Of a DNA stretch of 64,000 nt, positions 10,264 through 20,179 are shown one piece after another (position 1 is the stretch's first letter; each line of letters begins with the position of its first letter). A program made the position numbers and the translations under genes. The notes below the pieces were generated by a model. That model was not told where the DNA came from and searched no databases. It worked only from the letters and a program-made list of their open reading frames with translations. The DNA lies in the sequence record SRR31156797_5909, one strand, 5' to 3'.

Positions 10264-11683
10264 GTTTAAGTATTTCTGGTTTTTCATTGTAAATTTTAAA
10301 AATCAATTCACCAAACAGGGTATTTGCCCAAGCAAACCACGATCTTGTAAAGTTCTTCGGATCATCTTTATGGAATGTTTCATGCATAAAACCCGTATCT
10401 GCATGAGTTCTTATTAATGTCTTAAGACAACCCACAATTTCATCATCATTATCCGAAGTCATGGCGCGCATTATGATACTCATTGGCCAAATCATATTCA
10501 CACCAACGTGAGGACCACCAATTCCTTTGGCATATTTACCAACAAAAAACCATGGATTATTCTCGCTTAAAATGAATTTTCTGGTATTCTGATAAAGAGA
10601 TGACTTAGCATTTATCGCACCCAAATATGGTAAAGAAAGTAAGCTAGGAATGTTCGCATCATCCATATAGATTTGATTTCCGAAGCCATCCACTTCAAAA
10701 GCCAATGTTTCTCCCATATTTAAATGATTTGAGCTCGCATATTTATTAAGTGCTTCCTCCACTTCGATTGACATCGCTATTGCCGCCTCTGCCAATTCTT
10801 TCTCAATATTTAAATTAGTAAGCATCTCAGCCAATTGCTTTAAAGAGACCACAGCAAAATAATTCGATGGAATTAAAAATGGCAAAATTGTCGCATCATC
10901 GGAAGGTCTAAATGAAGAAACAATTAAGCCTACAGGTTTAATTGGATTTCCATAACCGTTTCCTGGAAGTGTATCAGTTGACTTACTTGTAGTTCTTGAG
11001 AATCTGTATGGACCTTGATTCTCTTTTCTTTGTTGCTCCTTAAAGGTTTTCACAATGGCTTTCGAAGCAGTTACCCAATTTGAGTCAAAACATGATGTAT
11101 CTCCAGTTTTCTTCCAATAATGATATGCCAATCTTATGGAATAACAAAGAGAATCAATTTCCCATTTACGTTCATGTAATTCCGGTTTCATATCGGTGTG
11201 ATCACTCTCCCAATGTGAACCGTCTGCCCCTTTATTAAAAGCATTTGCATAAGAATCGATGTTAACGCATTTGGTTTGTCTATTGATTAAACCTTGAAAT
11301 AGTTTCTGTAATTTTTCATCCTCATTTACCAATGGCAAATATGGCCAAACCTGAGCCGTTGAATCTCTCAACCACATTGCATCAATATCCCCGGTGATCA
11401 CAAAAGAATCGGGTTTACCCGAATTTTCAGAATAGGTAACTGTAGTATCAAGTGTATTCGGGAAACAATTCTCAAACATCCAAGCCAACTCTTTATTTGA
11501 TATGGTCTTTTTTATCTCATTAATCTTACTATCAACAGCAGTGCTCACAAAATTACGTTTTGCAAATTCGGGTCTATTTGAGGTATATTTTAAATCTTTG
11601 GTAATTGCAAAACCTTGAGTTCCCACCAAACTTAAACCGCCGGTAAATAGTAGTGAGTTCTTTAAAAAATTTCGTCTTTTCAT
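10256..11683 (-). CDS. GH125 exo-alpha-1,6-mannosidase with Tat signal
   Basis: RRNFLK twin-arginine motif; PNTLDTT, TGDIDAMWLRDS, ERKWEIDS, FRPSDD and FTRSWFAWAN motifs. Confidence 0.95.
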   Translation of the reverse strand: MKRRNFLKNSLLFTGGLSLVGTQGFAITKDLKYTSNRPEFAKRNFVSTAVDSKINEIKKTISNKELAWMFENCFPNTLDTTVTYSENSGKPDSFVITGDIDAMWLRDSTAQVWPYLPLVNEDEKLQKLFQGLINRQTKCVNIDSYANAFNKGADGSHWESDHTDMKPELHERKWEIDSLCYSIRLAYHYWKKTGDTSCFDSNWVTASKAIVKTFKEQQRKENQGPYRFSRTTSKSTDTLPGNGYGNPIKPVGLIVSSFRPSDDATILPFLIPSNYFAVVSLKQLAEMLTNLNIEKELAEAAIAMSIEVEEALNKYASSNHLNMGETLAFEVDGFGNQIYMDDANIPSLLSLPYLGAINAKSSLYQNTRKFILSENNPWFFVGKYAKGIGGPHVGVNMIWPMSIIMRAMTSDNDDEIVGCLKTLIRTHADTGFMHETFHKDDPKNFTRSWFAWANTLFGELIFKIYNEKPEILKHV

Positions 11684-11735
11684 CTTGTTTGAGTTTTATT
11701 TGTGGTCTGTTAGTCAGGATGTTTAACGCAAAAGC

Positions 11736-11767
11736 AAAGGCTTACAATTAGTTAATCGCAAGCCTTT
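11736..11767 (-). terminator. Intergenic stem-loop (terminator or mRNA-stabilising hairpin)
   Basis: Minus strand GGCTTGCGATTA/TAATTGTAAGCC; the G-U pairs work only on the minus strand; followed by TTTGCTTTT. Confidence 0.6.
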
Positions 11768-11818
11768 TAATTTTAAAGTGATATATAACAATTCATTTCT
11801 GAAATATCTTTTTATACT

Positions 11819-14116
11819 TTATTCTTTACTCATTGAATACGGTGAACTATCATCACCAATTCCTCTTTTCATATTTGGTTTGTTTGACATTTCAAAGTTT
11901 AACTTGCCACCTTTTTGAATATCATCATGTTTAATAAAATTGGCGTCATATACTTTATCATTAAACTGTAAGTCATTCACAAACACATTCTCTTTAGAGT
12001 TATTAGAGCTTGAAATTGTAAAGGTTTTTCCATTCTCTAATGTCAAAGTTATTTTATCGAATAATGGTGAACCAAACACATACTCATCGGTTCCCGGACA
12101 GACAGGATAGAATCCCATAGAACTAAACACATACCATGCTGAGGTTTGTCCATTGTCTTCATCACCACAATAACCATCTGCCTGCGGTGTATATAACTTA
12201 TCCATCACTTCACGAACCCTAGCCTGAGCTTTCCATGGCTGACCTGCATAATTGTACAGATAAATCATGTGTTGAATTGGCTGATTACCATGAGCATAAT
12301 TCCCCATGTTAGCGATTTGCATTTCACGAATTTCATGAATTGTTCCTCCGTAGTATGAATTATCAAATTTAGGTGGCATTTCAAACACTCCATCAAGAGT
12401 AGAAATAAACTTGTCTTTTCCTCCCATTAAATCAATCAATCCATTTACATCCTGAAACACTGACCATGTGTAGTGTAAACTATTTCCTTCTGTAAATGCA
12501 TCACCCCATTTCAAAGGATTAAATGGAGATTGAAATGTTCCATCTTCATTTTTACCACGCATTAAACCGGATTCATTATCGAATACATTTTTAAAATTTT
12601 GTGCTCTTTTGGCAAACAAATCAATTTCTTCTTGTGGTCTTCCTAATTCCTGAGCGAGTTTCCAAACACAAAAATCAGCATAAGCATACTCTAAAGTTCT
12701 AGCGGTATTTTCGTTTATTCCAACATTGTAAGGAACATACCCTAATTCATTGTAATAATCTGCACCATAACGTCCGACAGAGGTAACCTCTTTATTGTAT
12801 CCATTGGTATTTTTAAGAATTGCTTCATACAAAGTCTCTATATCATAACCACGAATTCCCTTTAAATATGAATCAGCAATAAGCGATGCAGAATTTGAGC
12901 CAATCATACAACCTCGGTGTCCTGGACTTGCCCATTCAGGTAACCATCCACTTTCTTTGTAAGTATTCGCCAATCCTTCCATAATTTGAGCATTCAAATC
13001 AGGATACATTAAAGTAAAGAATGGAAAGACTGCCCGGAACGTATCCCAAAAGCCATTATCTGTAAACATGTAGCCGGGCAGTACCTCACCATTGTATGGA
13101 CTATAATGAACTACTTCATTTTTATCATTGATTTCGTAAAACTTGCGTGGAAATAACAATACTCTATACAAACAAGAGTAGAATGTTTTTAATTGATCAT
13201 CAGTTCCGCCTTCAACCTTAATTCGAGCAAATTCTTTTTCCCAAGCCGCTTTTGCTTCTTGTTTTAATTGATTGAAATTCTTCGCTCCAATTTCTCTATC
13301 TAAATTTAATTGAGCCTGTTTTGGACTAATAAAAGAAGAAGCAACTCTTACATTCACGACTTCATCTTTTTGAGTTTTAAAACCAATTACAGCTCCAACA
13401 TGCTCTCCTGTTGCTGATTTTGAATTCTCCTTTAATTTATCTTCACTCCAAGTGTGCGTCAATTCAAAATCCTTATCGAATTCGGCTACAAAATAATTGT
13501 GAAAATTATCAGGAACACCACCATTATTATTACGACAATAACCAATAATTTTTCTCTCTTCAGGAAAGATCTTCACCTCTGATCCTTTGAAAAATCCATC
13601 TAATAAAATATAAGATGATTCATTTTCTGGAAAGGTAAATCGAAACATAGCGGCACGTTCGGTAGGTGTCACTTCTGCTGTAACATCATAATCTGCCAAA
13701 TACACACTGTATTCATATGGTTTGGCAGTTTCCGCTTTATGTGAGAACCACGATGCTCTTTCGTCTTCCTTATACTTTAATTCTCCTGTTACCGCCATTA
13801 ACGAAAATGCCGCATAGTCGTTAATCCATGGACTAGGTTGATGAGTTTGTTTTATTCCCCTGATTTTTTTTGCATCATAAGCATAACACCATCCATCACC
13901 CATTTTTCCCGTTTGTGGAGTCCAAAAATTCATTCCCCATGGCAAAGCAATTGCAGGATAAGTATTACCATTTGACAATGCATGTTCTGAATCAGTTCCC
14001 ATTAAAGGATTAGCTAAATCTACATTTGAGATAGTTTGCTCCTGAATATTCTTCTCTCCTACACAAGCTGCAAACAATGCAACAATCATTACTAATAGAA
14101 TTCGAATTCTCATCAT
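11819..14116 (-). CDS. GH92 alpha-1,2-mannosidase (BT3990-like), lipoprotein
   Basis: HQPSPW, FWDTFR, FTEGN, HEIREM, YAHGNQP and GDEDNGQ motifs; PW and HE are the alpha-1,2 specificity residues. Confidence 0.93.
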   Translation of the reverse strand: MMRIRILLVMIVALFAACVGEKNIQEQTISNVDLANPLMGTDSEHALSNGNTYPAIALPWGMNFWTPQTGKMGDGWCYAYDAKKIRGIKQTHQPSPWINDYAAFSLMAVTGELKYKEDERASWFSHKAETAKPYEYSVYLADYDVTAEVTPTERAAMFRFTFPENESSYILLDGFFKGSEVKIFPEERKIIGYCRNNNGGVPDNFHNYFVAEFDKDFELTHTWSEDKLKENSKSATGEHVGAVIGFKTQKDEVVNVRVASSFISPKQAQLNLDREIGAKNFNQLKQEAKAAWEKEFARIKVEGGTDDQLKTFYSCLYRVLLFPRKFYEINDKNEVVHYSPYNGEVLPGYMFTDNGFWDTFRAVFPFFTLMYPDLNAQIMEGLANTYKESGWLPEWASPGHRGCMIGSNSASLIADSYLKGIRGYDIETLYEAILKNTNGYNKEVTSVGRYGADYYNELGYVPYNVGINENTARTLEYAYADFCVWKLAQELGRPQEEIDLFAKRAQNFKNVFDNESGLMRGKNEDGTFQSPFNPLKWGDAFTEGNSLHYTWSVFQDVNGLIDLMGGKDKFISTLDGVFEMPPKFDNSYYGGTIHEIREMQIANMGNYAHGNQPIQHMIYLYNYAGQPWKAQARVREVMDKLYTPQADGYCGDEDNGQTSAWYVFSSMGFYPVCPGTDEYVFGSPLFDKITLTLENGKTFTISSSNNSKENVFVNDLQFNDKVYDANFIKHDDIQKGGKLNFEMSNKPNMKRGIGDDSSPYSMSKE

Positions 14117-14197
14117 TTTATTGAATCTTATTTATTAACTGATTTGTGCCTCAGTTTTATTTAAATCTATATTGAACTAATCATTCGTATTAAATTG

Positions 14198-16480
14198 CTA
14201 ATACATGATTGATTTTGGTCTATACTGAAGGCTTTTTCCAAAATTCTCATTTGGTTTCTCTCCCATTTCAAAAGTTAAAACTCCTCCTTTAAGGATATCT
14301 TTATGGGTGATAAATGATTTTTTATAGTCAATACCATTTAGTTTTACAGATTGAATATAGATATTTTCCTTGCTATTATTTTCAGCAATTATTGTAAAAT
14401 TCTTTTCTTCGGATAAAACAATGCTTACTTCGTCAAAAAGTGGACTTCCAAACACATAAGCTCCATTACTTGGATTAACTGGATAGAAACCCATTGAAGA
14501 CATTACATACCATGCAGACATTTGACCACAATCTTCGTTTCCACATAATCCGTCAGGTTGATCTGTATACAATTCATTCAATATATATCTAACCTTATCT
14601 GCTGTTTTGTACTGTTCACCAGCGTATGCATACAGGTATGTAATATGATGACTTGGTTCATTTCCATGAGCGTATTGACCAATTAAACCCGTGATATCAG
14701 CAGAAGCTCCATGTTCCAAATCCGATGAAATACTAAATAAACTATCCAGCTTTGCCACAAAAGATTTTTCTCCACCTAGAAGCTTAATTAATCCTTCGGG
14801 ATCTTGTGGTACCAACCACAAATATTGCCAAGCATTCCCTTCACAATAATCATTAACTCTGTGCTGAGCTGAGTAAGGATCAAATGGTGTTCTCCAACTC
14901 CCATTTTTCATGCGACCTTTCATAAATTTGTCCTTTGGATCGAAATATTTTTCGTAAGCTTTTGCTCTTTCTTTAAAATAAGCGGCATCTTCAGTTTTAC
15001 CTAACTTCTCTGCCAACATGCTTATTCCCCAATCACTAATTGCATATTCCATGGCGCTTGCTACCGATTCGTGCATCATATCACAAGGAATGTATCCATA
15101 TTTTTGCAGTTCCTTTACACCAGGTTCGAAATCGCCCATAGCGGTAGTTTTAACCGCTTCATAAGCCAATTCAAGATCAATTCCTTTGAATCCTTTTAGG
15201 CACGCATCTACAACAACTGGTACTCCACTGTACCCCACCATAGTATTGGTTTCATTTCCTCTTAAATGCCAAACCGGTAACTTCCCTTGCTGCTTATAAA
15301 TAGCCAGCATTGAATTGATCATATCCGGAACACGATCTTGCTGCGTTAATGTATATAATGGATGTGCTGTACGATATGTATCCCATAATGAGAACAATGT
15401 ATAATTTGTGAAGTTAGTTTTATCATATACTTTTTTATCAACACCGCGATAATCACCATTGGCATCATTAAACAAGTTAGGAGCAATAAGTGTATGATAC
15501 ATTGCAGTATAAAACACTTTTTTAGCACTTTCATCCTTTGTTTTTATCTCGATTTTAGATAATTCCTTATTCCATTTTGCTTTATTTTGAATCAACACCT
15601 CATTAAAATTCCAACTCGGCATTTCAGCTTTAATATTAGCAAGTGCATTCTCCATACTAACCGGAGACATACCAAATTTTACCAGCACTTTTTCGAATGG
15701 CTTTGTTTTAAAATTTAAAAAAGCTTTTACAGCACTTCCTTTAGCCGCATCACCATCATTTTTATTATCTCCATCAAATACAGTAATATCATCAATTGGC
15801 TTTGAAATGATCATTGCAAAATATTCGCGTTGATCAGCAGCCCATCCTTGTGAAAATCTATAACCAGCAACAATTGTATCATTAACTTTATGGAAAAAAG
15901 TTTCTGTTGCTTTATCCCCATTACCTTCTTTTAAATCAATTATTAGTCTTGACTGATCTGATTTTGGATATGTTATTTGATGTATGGCAACACGCTCAGT
16001 AGTTGTCATCTCAATATCCACATTATATGTATCCAAGTGAACCTTATAATAACCTGGTTCCACCTTTTCTGAGTCATGACTATAATAAGAGGCATATCCT
16101 TTTTCAGGATCTTCCTGGCTACCAGGATGGATTTTCAATTCTCCAACTGCTGGCATTATTAAAAACTCACCCAAATCAGTACAACCCGTTCCACTCAAAT
16201 GCAGATGTGAAAATCCCTTCACAATACTATCCGAATAATGATAAGAAGAGCACCAATCCCATCCTTTATGAAAATTACTTGGTCCGGCCTGAATGGCACC
16301 AAAAGGAACATTAGCTCCTACAAATACATGTCCATGACCTCCTGAACCAATATATGGATCTACATATTTGGTTAAACCATCACTATTATTATCTTCTCCT
16401 CCAAGAAACTGACATGATGCTAATAGAGCACCACTTAAGAGAGATAAGCCTAATGATTTAATTAATTTAAAGTTTTGCAT
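14198..16480 (-). CDS. GH92 alpha-mannosidase, lipoprotein
   Basis: LASC lipobox; YVDPYIG, HLSGTG, FSLWDTYR, YCEGN, YAHGNEP and GNEDCGQ motifs. Confidence 0.93.
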   Translation of the reverse strand: MQNFKLIKSLGLSLLSGALLASCQFLGGEDNNSDGLTKYVDPYIGSGGHGHVFVGANVPFGAIQAGPSNFHKGWDWCSSYHYSDSIVKGFSHLHLSGTGCTDLGEFLIMPAVGELKIHPGSQEDPEKGYASYYSHDSEKVEPGYYKVHLDTYNVDIEMTTTERVAIHQITYPKSDQSRLIIDLKEGNGDKATETFFHKVNDTIVAGYRFSQGWAADQREYFAMIISKPIDDITVFDGDNKNDGDAAKGSAVKAFLNFKTKPFEKVLVKFGMSPVSMENALANIKAEMPSWNFNEVLIQNKAKWNKELSKIEIKTKDESAKKVFYTAMYHTLIAPNLFNDANGDYRGVDKKVYDKTNFTNYTLFSLWDTYRTAHPLYTLTQQDRVPDMINSMLAIYKQQGKLPVWHLRGNETNTMVGYSGVPVVVDACLKGFKGIDLELAYEAVKTTAMGDFEPGVKELQKYGYIPCDMMHESVASAMEYAISDWGISMLAEKLGKTEDAAYFKERAKAYEKYFDPKDKFMKGRMKNGSWRTPFDPYSAQHRVNDYCEGNAWQYLWLVPQDPEGLIKLLGGEKSFVAKLDSLFSISSDLEHGASADITGLIGQYAHGNEPSHHITYLYAYAGEQYKTADKVRYILNELYTDQPDGLCGNEDCGQMSAWYVMSSMGFYPVNPSNGAYVFGSPLFDEVSIVLSEEKNFTIIAENNSKENIYIQSVKLNGIDYKKSFITHKDILKGGVLTFEMGEKPNENFGKSLQYRPKSIMY

Positions 16481-16671
16481 TTGGTTGTACTTTCTGGTTT
16501 AGTTTTAAGCATATATATTGAAGCTCTTGGCTTTCGAATATTCAATCTAATACACCTTTTTTATTAAAAAGGCTATAAAAAATCCTTCTCTTTAAGGCGG
16601 AAGCATACCTTGAAATTATATAAACAGCCTAAACTTGATAAGGGTAGACTATTATTTTAATAATTTAATAG

Positions 16672-16700
16672 AAAATAGGAGCCGCCTTACAACGGCTCCC
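16672..16700 (-). terminator. Intrinsic terminator after the susC-susD-SGBP unit
   Basis: GGAGCCG/CGGCTCC stem; TATTTTC tail on the minus strand. Confidence 0.7.
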
Positions 16701-16715
16701 AATATTTGATAAGAT

Positions 16716-18575
16716 TTAATCTTCAACAGTATTCCATGAGATTCCTCTCATATCACCTTGATAATTTCCTGTTTTATCTGAAAACTTCACTCCATTAACT
16801 TTATCTAATGGGAAATAAACATTTAATCCAGTTTCAGTACCATCGATGTCTGCATCTAAATCTGCAGCGTCACGAGCAACATCCCATAAGCGGAAGTCTT
16901 TCATATAACCATCCATTTTACCCCAGCCATTACCAAGCCACATTTCTCCCCAACCTGAAACTTCTGGAGCTCCAATATCAGTTTGAACACCTTTTTCTTC
17001 ACCATCTACGAATAAAGTTGTAGTTCTGGCAGTATTGTCATGAACAATAGCAACATGTTGCCATTCTCCTGTCTTCATTGAAAGAGGATCTGCTTTAGGA
17101 CCTTGCCATCCGCTACCTGCGTTTGTAAAGTTCCAAAGTCCACCTGAGTTCAATACATTCTCCTCAGTTAACTCATCGTAACCATATACCCAGATACCAT
17201 AATTACCATTATTGAAGAACTCACCCGTTCCATATCCAAATAGAGATTTAACTTTCACGTTAAATTCTACAGTATAATCACCTTGGGGTGTATAATTCGG
17301 AGTAATTCTTAAACCAACAGCATCTGAATTATCGCGATCAATTAAAATACCATCGGTATCAGCAACTAACATTGAATTAATCAATTTAATTTTAGATGAT
17401 AAAGTTTCAATCATATCATCCAATTTCGCTTGCTGAGTAGCTTCACTCAATACAGTATTAGCATCTGCAATTAACTCATCGATATAAGCAATTGTTCCAA
17501 CAGGATAATCTCCATCCTGATCACCTTCTACAATCTCAGCTTTGAAAGCTTCCATCTCTTCAATTGCAGTTTCTAGACCAGTCTTATCAAGTACAATTAC
17601 TGGTGGTTCAGCAACCCATTCAATTTTTCCTTGAAATTTCGCAGTATAATTACCAGTTACATCCTTAAACTCTGAACCTAAATCTGCACTTAATGGCAAA
17701 AACATTTCCAGATTTTCTTCTGTTCCATTTAATGTTGCTGTTTTATTATCAGCAATCTCTGAAGCAGAACGTGCACCTTTCCATACTCTTACATCTTTCA
17801 TCAAAGCATTTACAATACGATCTGTCCAAGTTGGTCCATTACCAAGAACAAAACTTTTATCAGCACCTGGCAAATATGTCGCAGTTTGTGATAAAACTTC
17901 AGTACCATTAACGTATAGCTTTTGACTTGTGATTTCGTTTACAAAGGCAATATGCATCCACTCACCAGCTTTCATAACTCCAGCATCAGTTTTAACATCT
18001 CTCCAACCATCAGCGGTACCAACGTTAAGGTGTATAACACCATCGCTAAAATAACGAATAACAAAACCACTATCAGGACCATCTTGCTCAGTAGCAAAAA
18101 TATTGTTTGAGTAACCTTTTTGTGTTAAGTCAACAACATAAATCTGAGTTTCAATAGTAAAACTTTCGTTAAAAACAGCCTTAATATTATCCGAAATTTG
18201 AATCCATGTATCATTCTCTTGCTGAATCCATGGCATCGCTACAGCAACCGTACTAGCAAGAAAATTATTTATTGATGCTTGCAATTTTACTGTAGCATCA
18301 TCAAGATCACTTTGAGATTTTGCATTTTCTATTTTCCACTCTACCCAAGTAACTACACTTTGTAATTTCTCTATAGAACCTGGTTGATAATCTCCAGCAT
18401 TAATTCCTTCTTCGCTATTAGCGATTAAATTTTCCGCTTCAGCGATTAGGGTGTCCAATGAGGCAGAAGTAAAGCCACCCACTTTATCGTCATCATCACA
18501 ACTTGTAAAAGCAAAAGCCATTACTAACGCAGCTATGAAAGACCACATTTTAATATTTATATTAAATACTTTCAT
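16716..18575 (-). CDS. Surface glycan-binding lipoprotein with two (helical + LamG/concanavalin-like) modules
   Basis: FTSCDDDD lipobox; repeated EG..GDY..G helical unit; two W.H.A.V...L.V.G and M.D.R.W LamG motifs; directly downstream of susD. Confidence 0.8.
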   Translation of the reverse strand: MKVFNINIKMWSFIAALVMAFAFTSCDDDDKVGGFTSASLDTLIAEAENLIANSEEGINAGDYQPGSIEKLQSVVTWVEWKIENAKSQSDLDDATVKLQASINNFLASTVAVAMPWIQQENDTWIQISDNIKAVFNESFTIETQIYVVDLTQKGYSNNIFATEQDGPDSGFVIRYFSDGVIHLNVGTADGWRDVKTDAGVMKAGEWMHIAFVNEITSQKLYVNGTEVLSQTATYLPGADKSFVLGNGPTWTDRIVNALMKDVRVWKGARSASEIADNKTATLNGTEENLEMFLPLSADLGSEFKDVTGNYTAKFQGKIEWVAEPPVIVLDKTGLETAIEEMEAFKAEIVEGDQDGDYPVGTIAYIDELIADANTVLSEATQQAKLDDMIETLSSKIKLINSMLVADTDGILIDRDNSDAVGLRITPNYTPQGDYTVEFNVKVKSLFGYGTGEFFNNGNYGIWVYGYDELTEENVLNSGGLWNFTNAGSGWQGPKADPLSMKTGEWQHVAIVHDNTARTTTLFVDGEEKGVQTDIGAPEVSGWGEMWLGNGWGKMDGYMKDFRLWDVARDAADLDADIDGTETGLNVYFPLDKVNGVKFSDKTGNYQGDMRGISWNTVED

Positions 18576-18598
18576 TTCTTCTTAAAGATTTAGGATTA

Positions 18599-20161
18599 TT
18601 ACAAATTGCTATTCATTAAACCACTACCATCTTTATCTTTGGTATTAGCAGTATCCCACCATACTCGGATATCCATTCTATCAGTATCCAATGTATTTTG
18701 AGAAGAAGGCATATTAGCTTGATTTTGTAAATGCTCATTATCTGGGTAACGAACTCTTTTCACCCAAGTACCAGAAGCCACTGTTGAACTACCGCTTACG
18801 CCATCTTTTGGAAGAGTAACATCAGGATAATCCGTTCTACGGAAATCAGCCCATCCTTCAACTCCATTAGGAAAGTTAGCAACCCATTTTTGGGTAATTA
18901 ACTGCTTCAATGAAGCTTCGGTAGCACCTGAAAGAGTTGGCAAGCCTGCAATATAATCACTTGCTGCGGTTGCGTCAACACCAACATAATCCATAGACGC
19001 CTGAACTCCCTCTACATATAATGCATTAGCATCACCCGAAATATAACCTCTCATTGCCGCCTCTGATTGTAAAAACAGAACTTCAGAATAAAACATTACT
19101 GGACAATACATAGCATCATCTGCACCGTTACCAACAAAATCGATATATCCACCTTCTAAATTTATTGTTGCAAAATTCTCATCAGAATTACTTGGAACAA
19201 GATTATAACCATTTTCAATTCCATTGTATCGATCAAAACCTGCTACTTCTTTTGTTACTGGCTCACCTTCTACTTGGTATGCAAACCACTTTGGTGCACG
19301 AGGATCTTCACCTGCAGCAGATTGATCATACATACAATCTGAAAAAGTTTTTGACATACGGATATTGTTCCAATTCCATGCCATTTGATGTAAATAATCG
19401 TACCATCCTTGGCTCCACATAGGAACTCTTACAACATCATCATTACTTGCCAATAATCCACCTGGACCGCTAACAGCTGCTTGAGCTTCTGCTTGAGCTT
19501 TTGTAGGATCAACATTCGAAATACGCATTGCCAATCTTAGACGTAATGAGTTACCAAATTTTTGCCATTGCATTACATCTCCATCATATATCAAATCATA
19601 ACCATCATCATACTTATATTGATCTACATTACCAGTAATTGCATTAATTGCAGCATCCAATCTGGCAAACAAGTCAGTATAAATATCCTGTTGGCTATTA
19701 TAAGGAACAGCCTCTGCTAAATTCGTATTAAAATAAGGTATATCACCGTAAGTATCAGTCATTCTAGACCACCAGTAACACATCCAAATTTCTTTAATAG
19801 CTACAGCATCAACATATGCTGGATCTTCACCGTAAAGATCCTGAATTGAATTCGCACGACGTAAATCTTTTGTATAATGCTCTTTCCATTGATTCCCTAT
19901 CCATCCATCAACATATTCGTAACGTGGTGAACCGAATCCAGAAACAGTATTCGCCCAATACTGAGAATACAAATCAGGATAAAGGTTTACATTACGTTGA
20001 TAATTATCAAATACAGCCTGAACCAATGGATTAAATAAAAACTTAGGCTCTACCGACGTTGTTGCATCAGAAGGGGTGTTGATATCTCCGAAATCATCAG
20101 AGCAACTACTACCCAGGATAATTAACCCTAATGCGAATAATATTATATTAATTTTTTTCAT
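18599..20161 (-). CDS. susD: SusD/RagB-family glycan-binding lipoprotein
   Basis: SSC lipobox; TDTYGDIPY, NSLRLRLAMR, QKW..EGWADFRRTDYP and RVWWD motifs; follows susC. Confidence 0.93.
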   Translation of the reverse strand: MKKINIILFALGLIILGSSCSDDFGDINTPSDATTSVEPKFLFNPLVQAVFDNYQRNVNLYPDLYSQYWANTVSGFGSPRYEYVDGWIGNQWKEHYTKDLRRANSIQDLYGEDPAYVDAVAIKEIWMCYWWSRMTDTYGDIPYFNTNLAEAVPYNSQQDIYTDLFARLDAAINAITGNVDQYKYDDGYDLIYDGDVMQWQKFGNSLRLRLAMRISNVDPTKAQAEAQAAVSGPGGLLASNDDVVRVPMWSQGWYDYLHQMAWNWNNIRMSKTFSDCMYDQSAAGEDPRAPKWFAYQVEGEPVTKEVAGFDRYNGIENGYNLVPSNSDENFATINLEGGYIDFVGNGADDAMYCPVMFYSEVLFLQSEAAMRGYISGDANALYVEGVQASMDYVGVDATAASDYIAGLPTLSGATEASLKQLITQKWVANFPNGVEGWADFRRTDYPDVTLPKDGVSGSSTVASGTWVKRVRYPDNEHLQNQANMPSSQNTLDTDRMDIRVWWDTANTKDKDGSGLMNSNL

Positions 20162-20179
20162 AACTAATTTCTTTATCAA

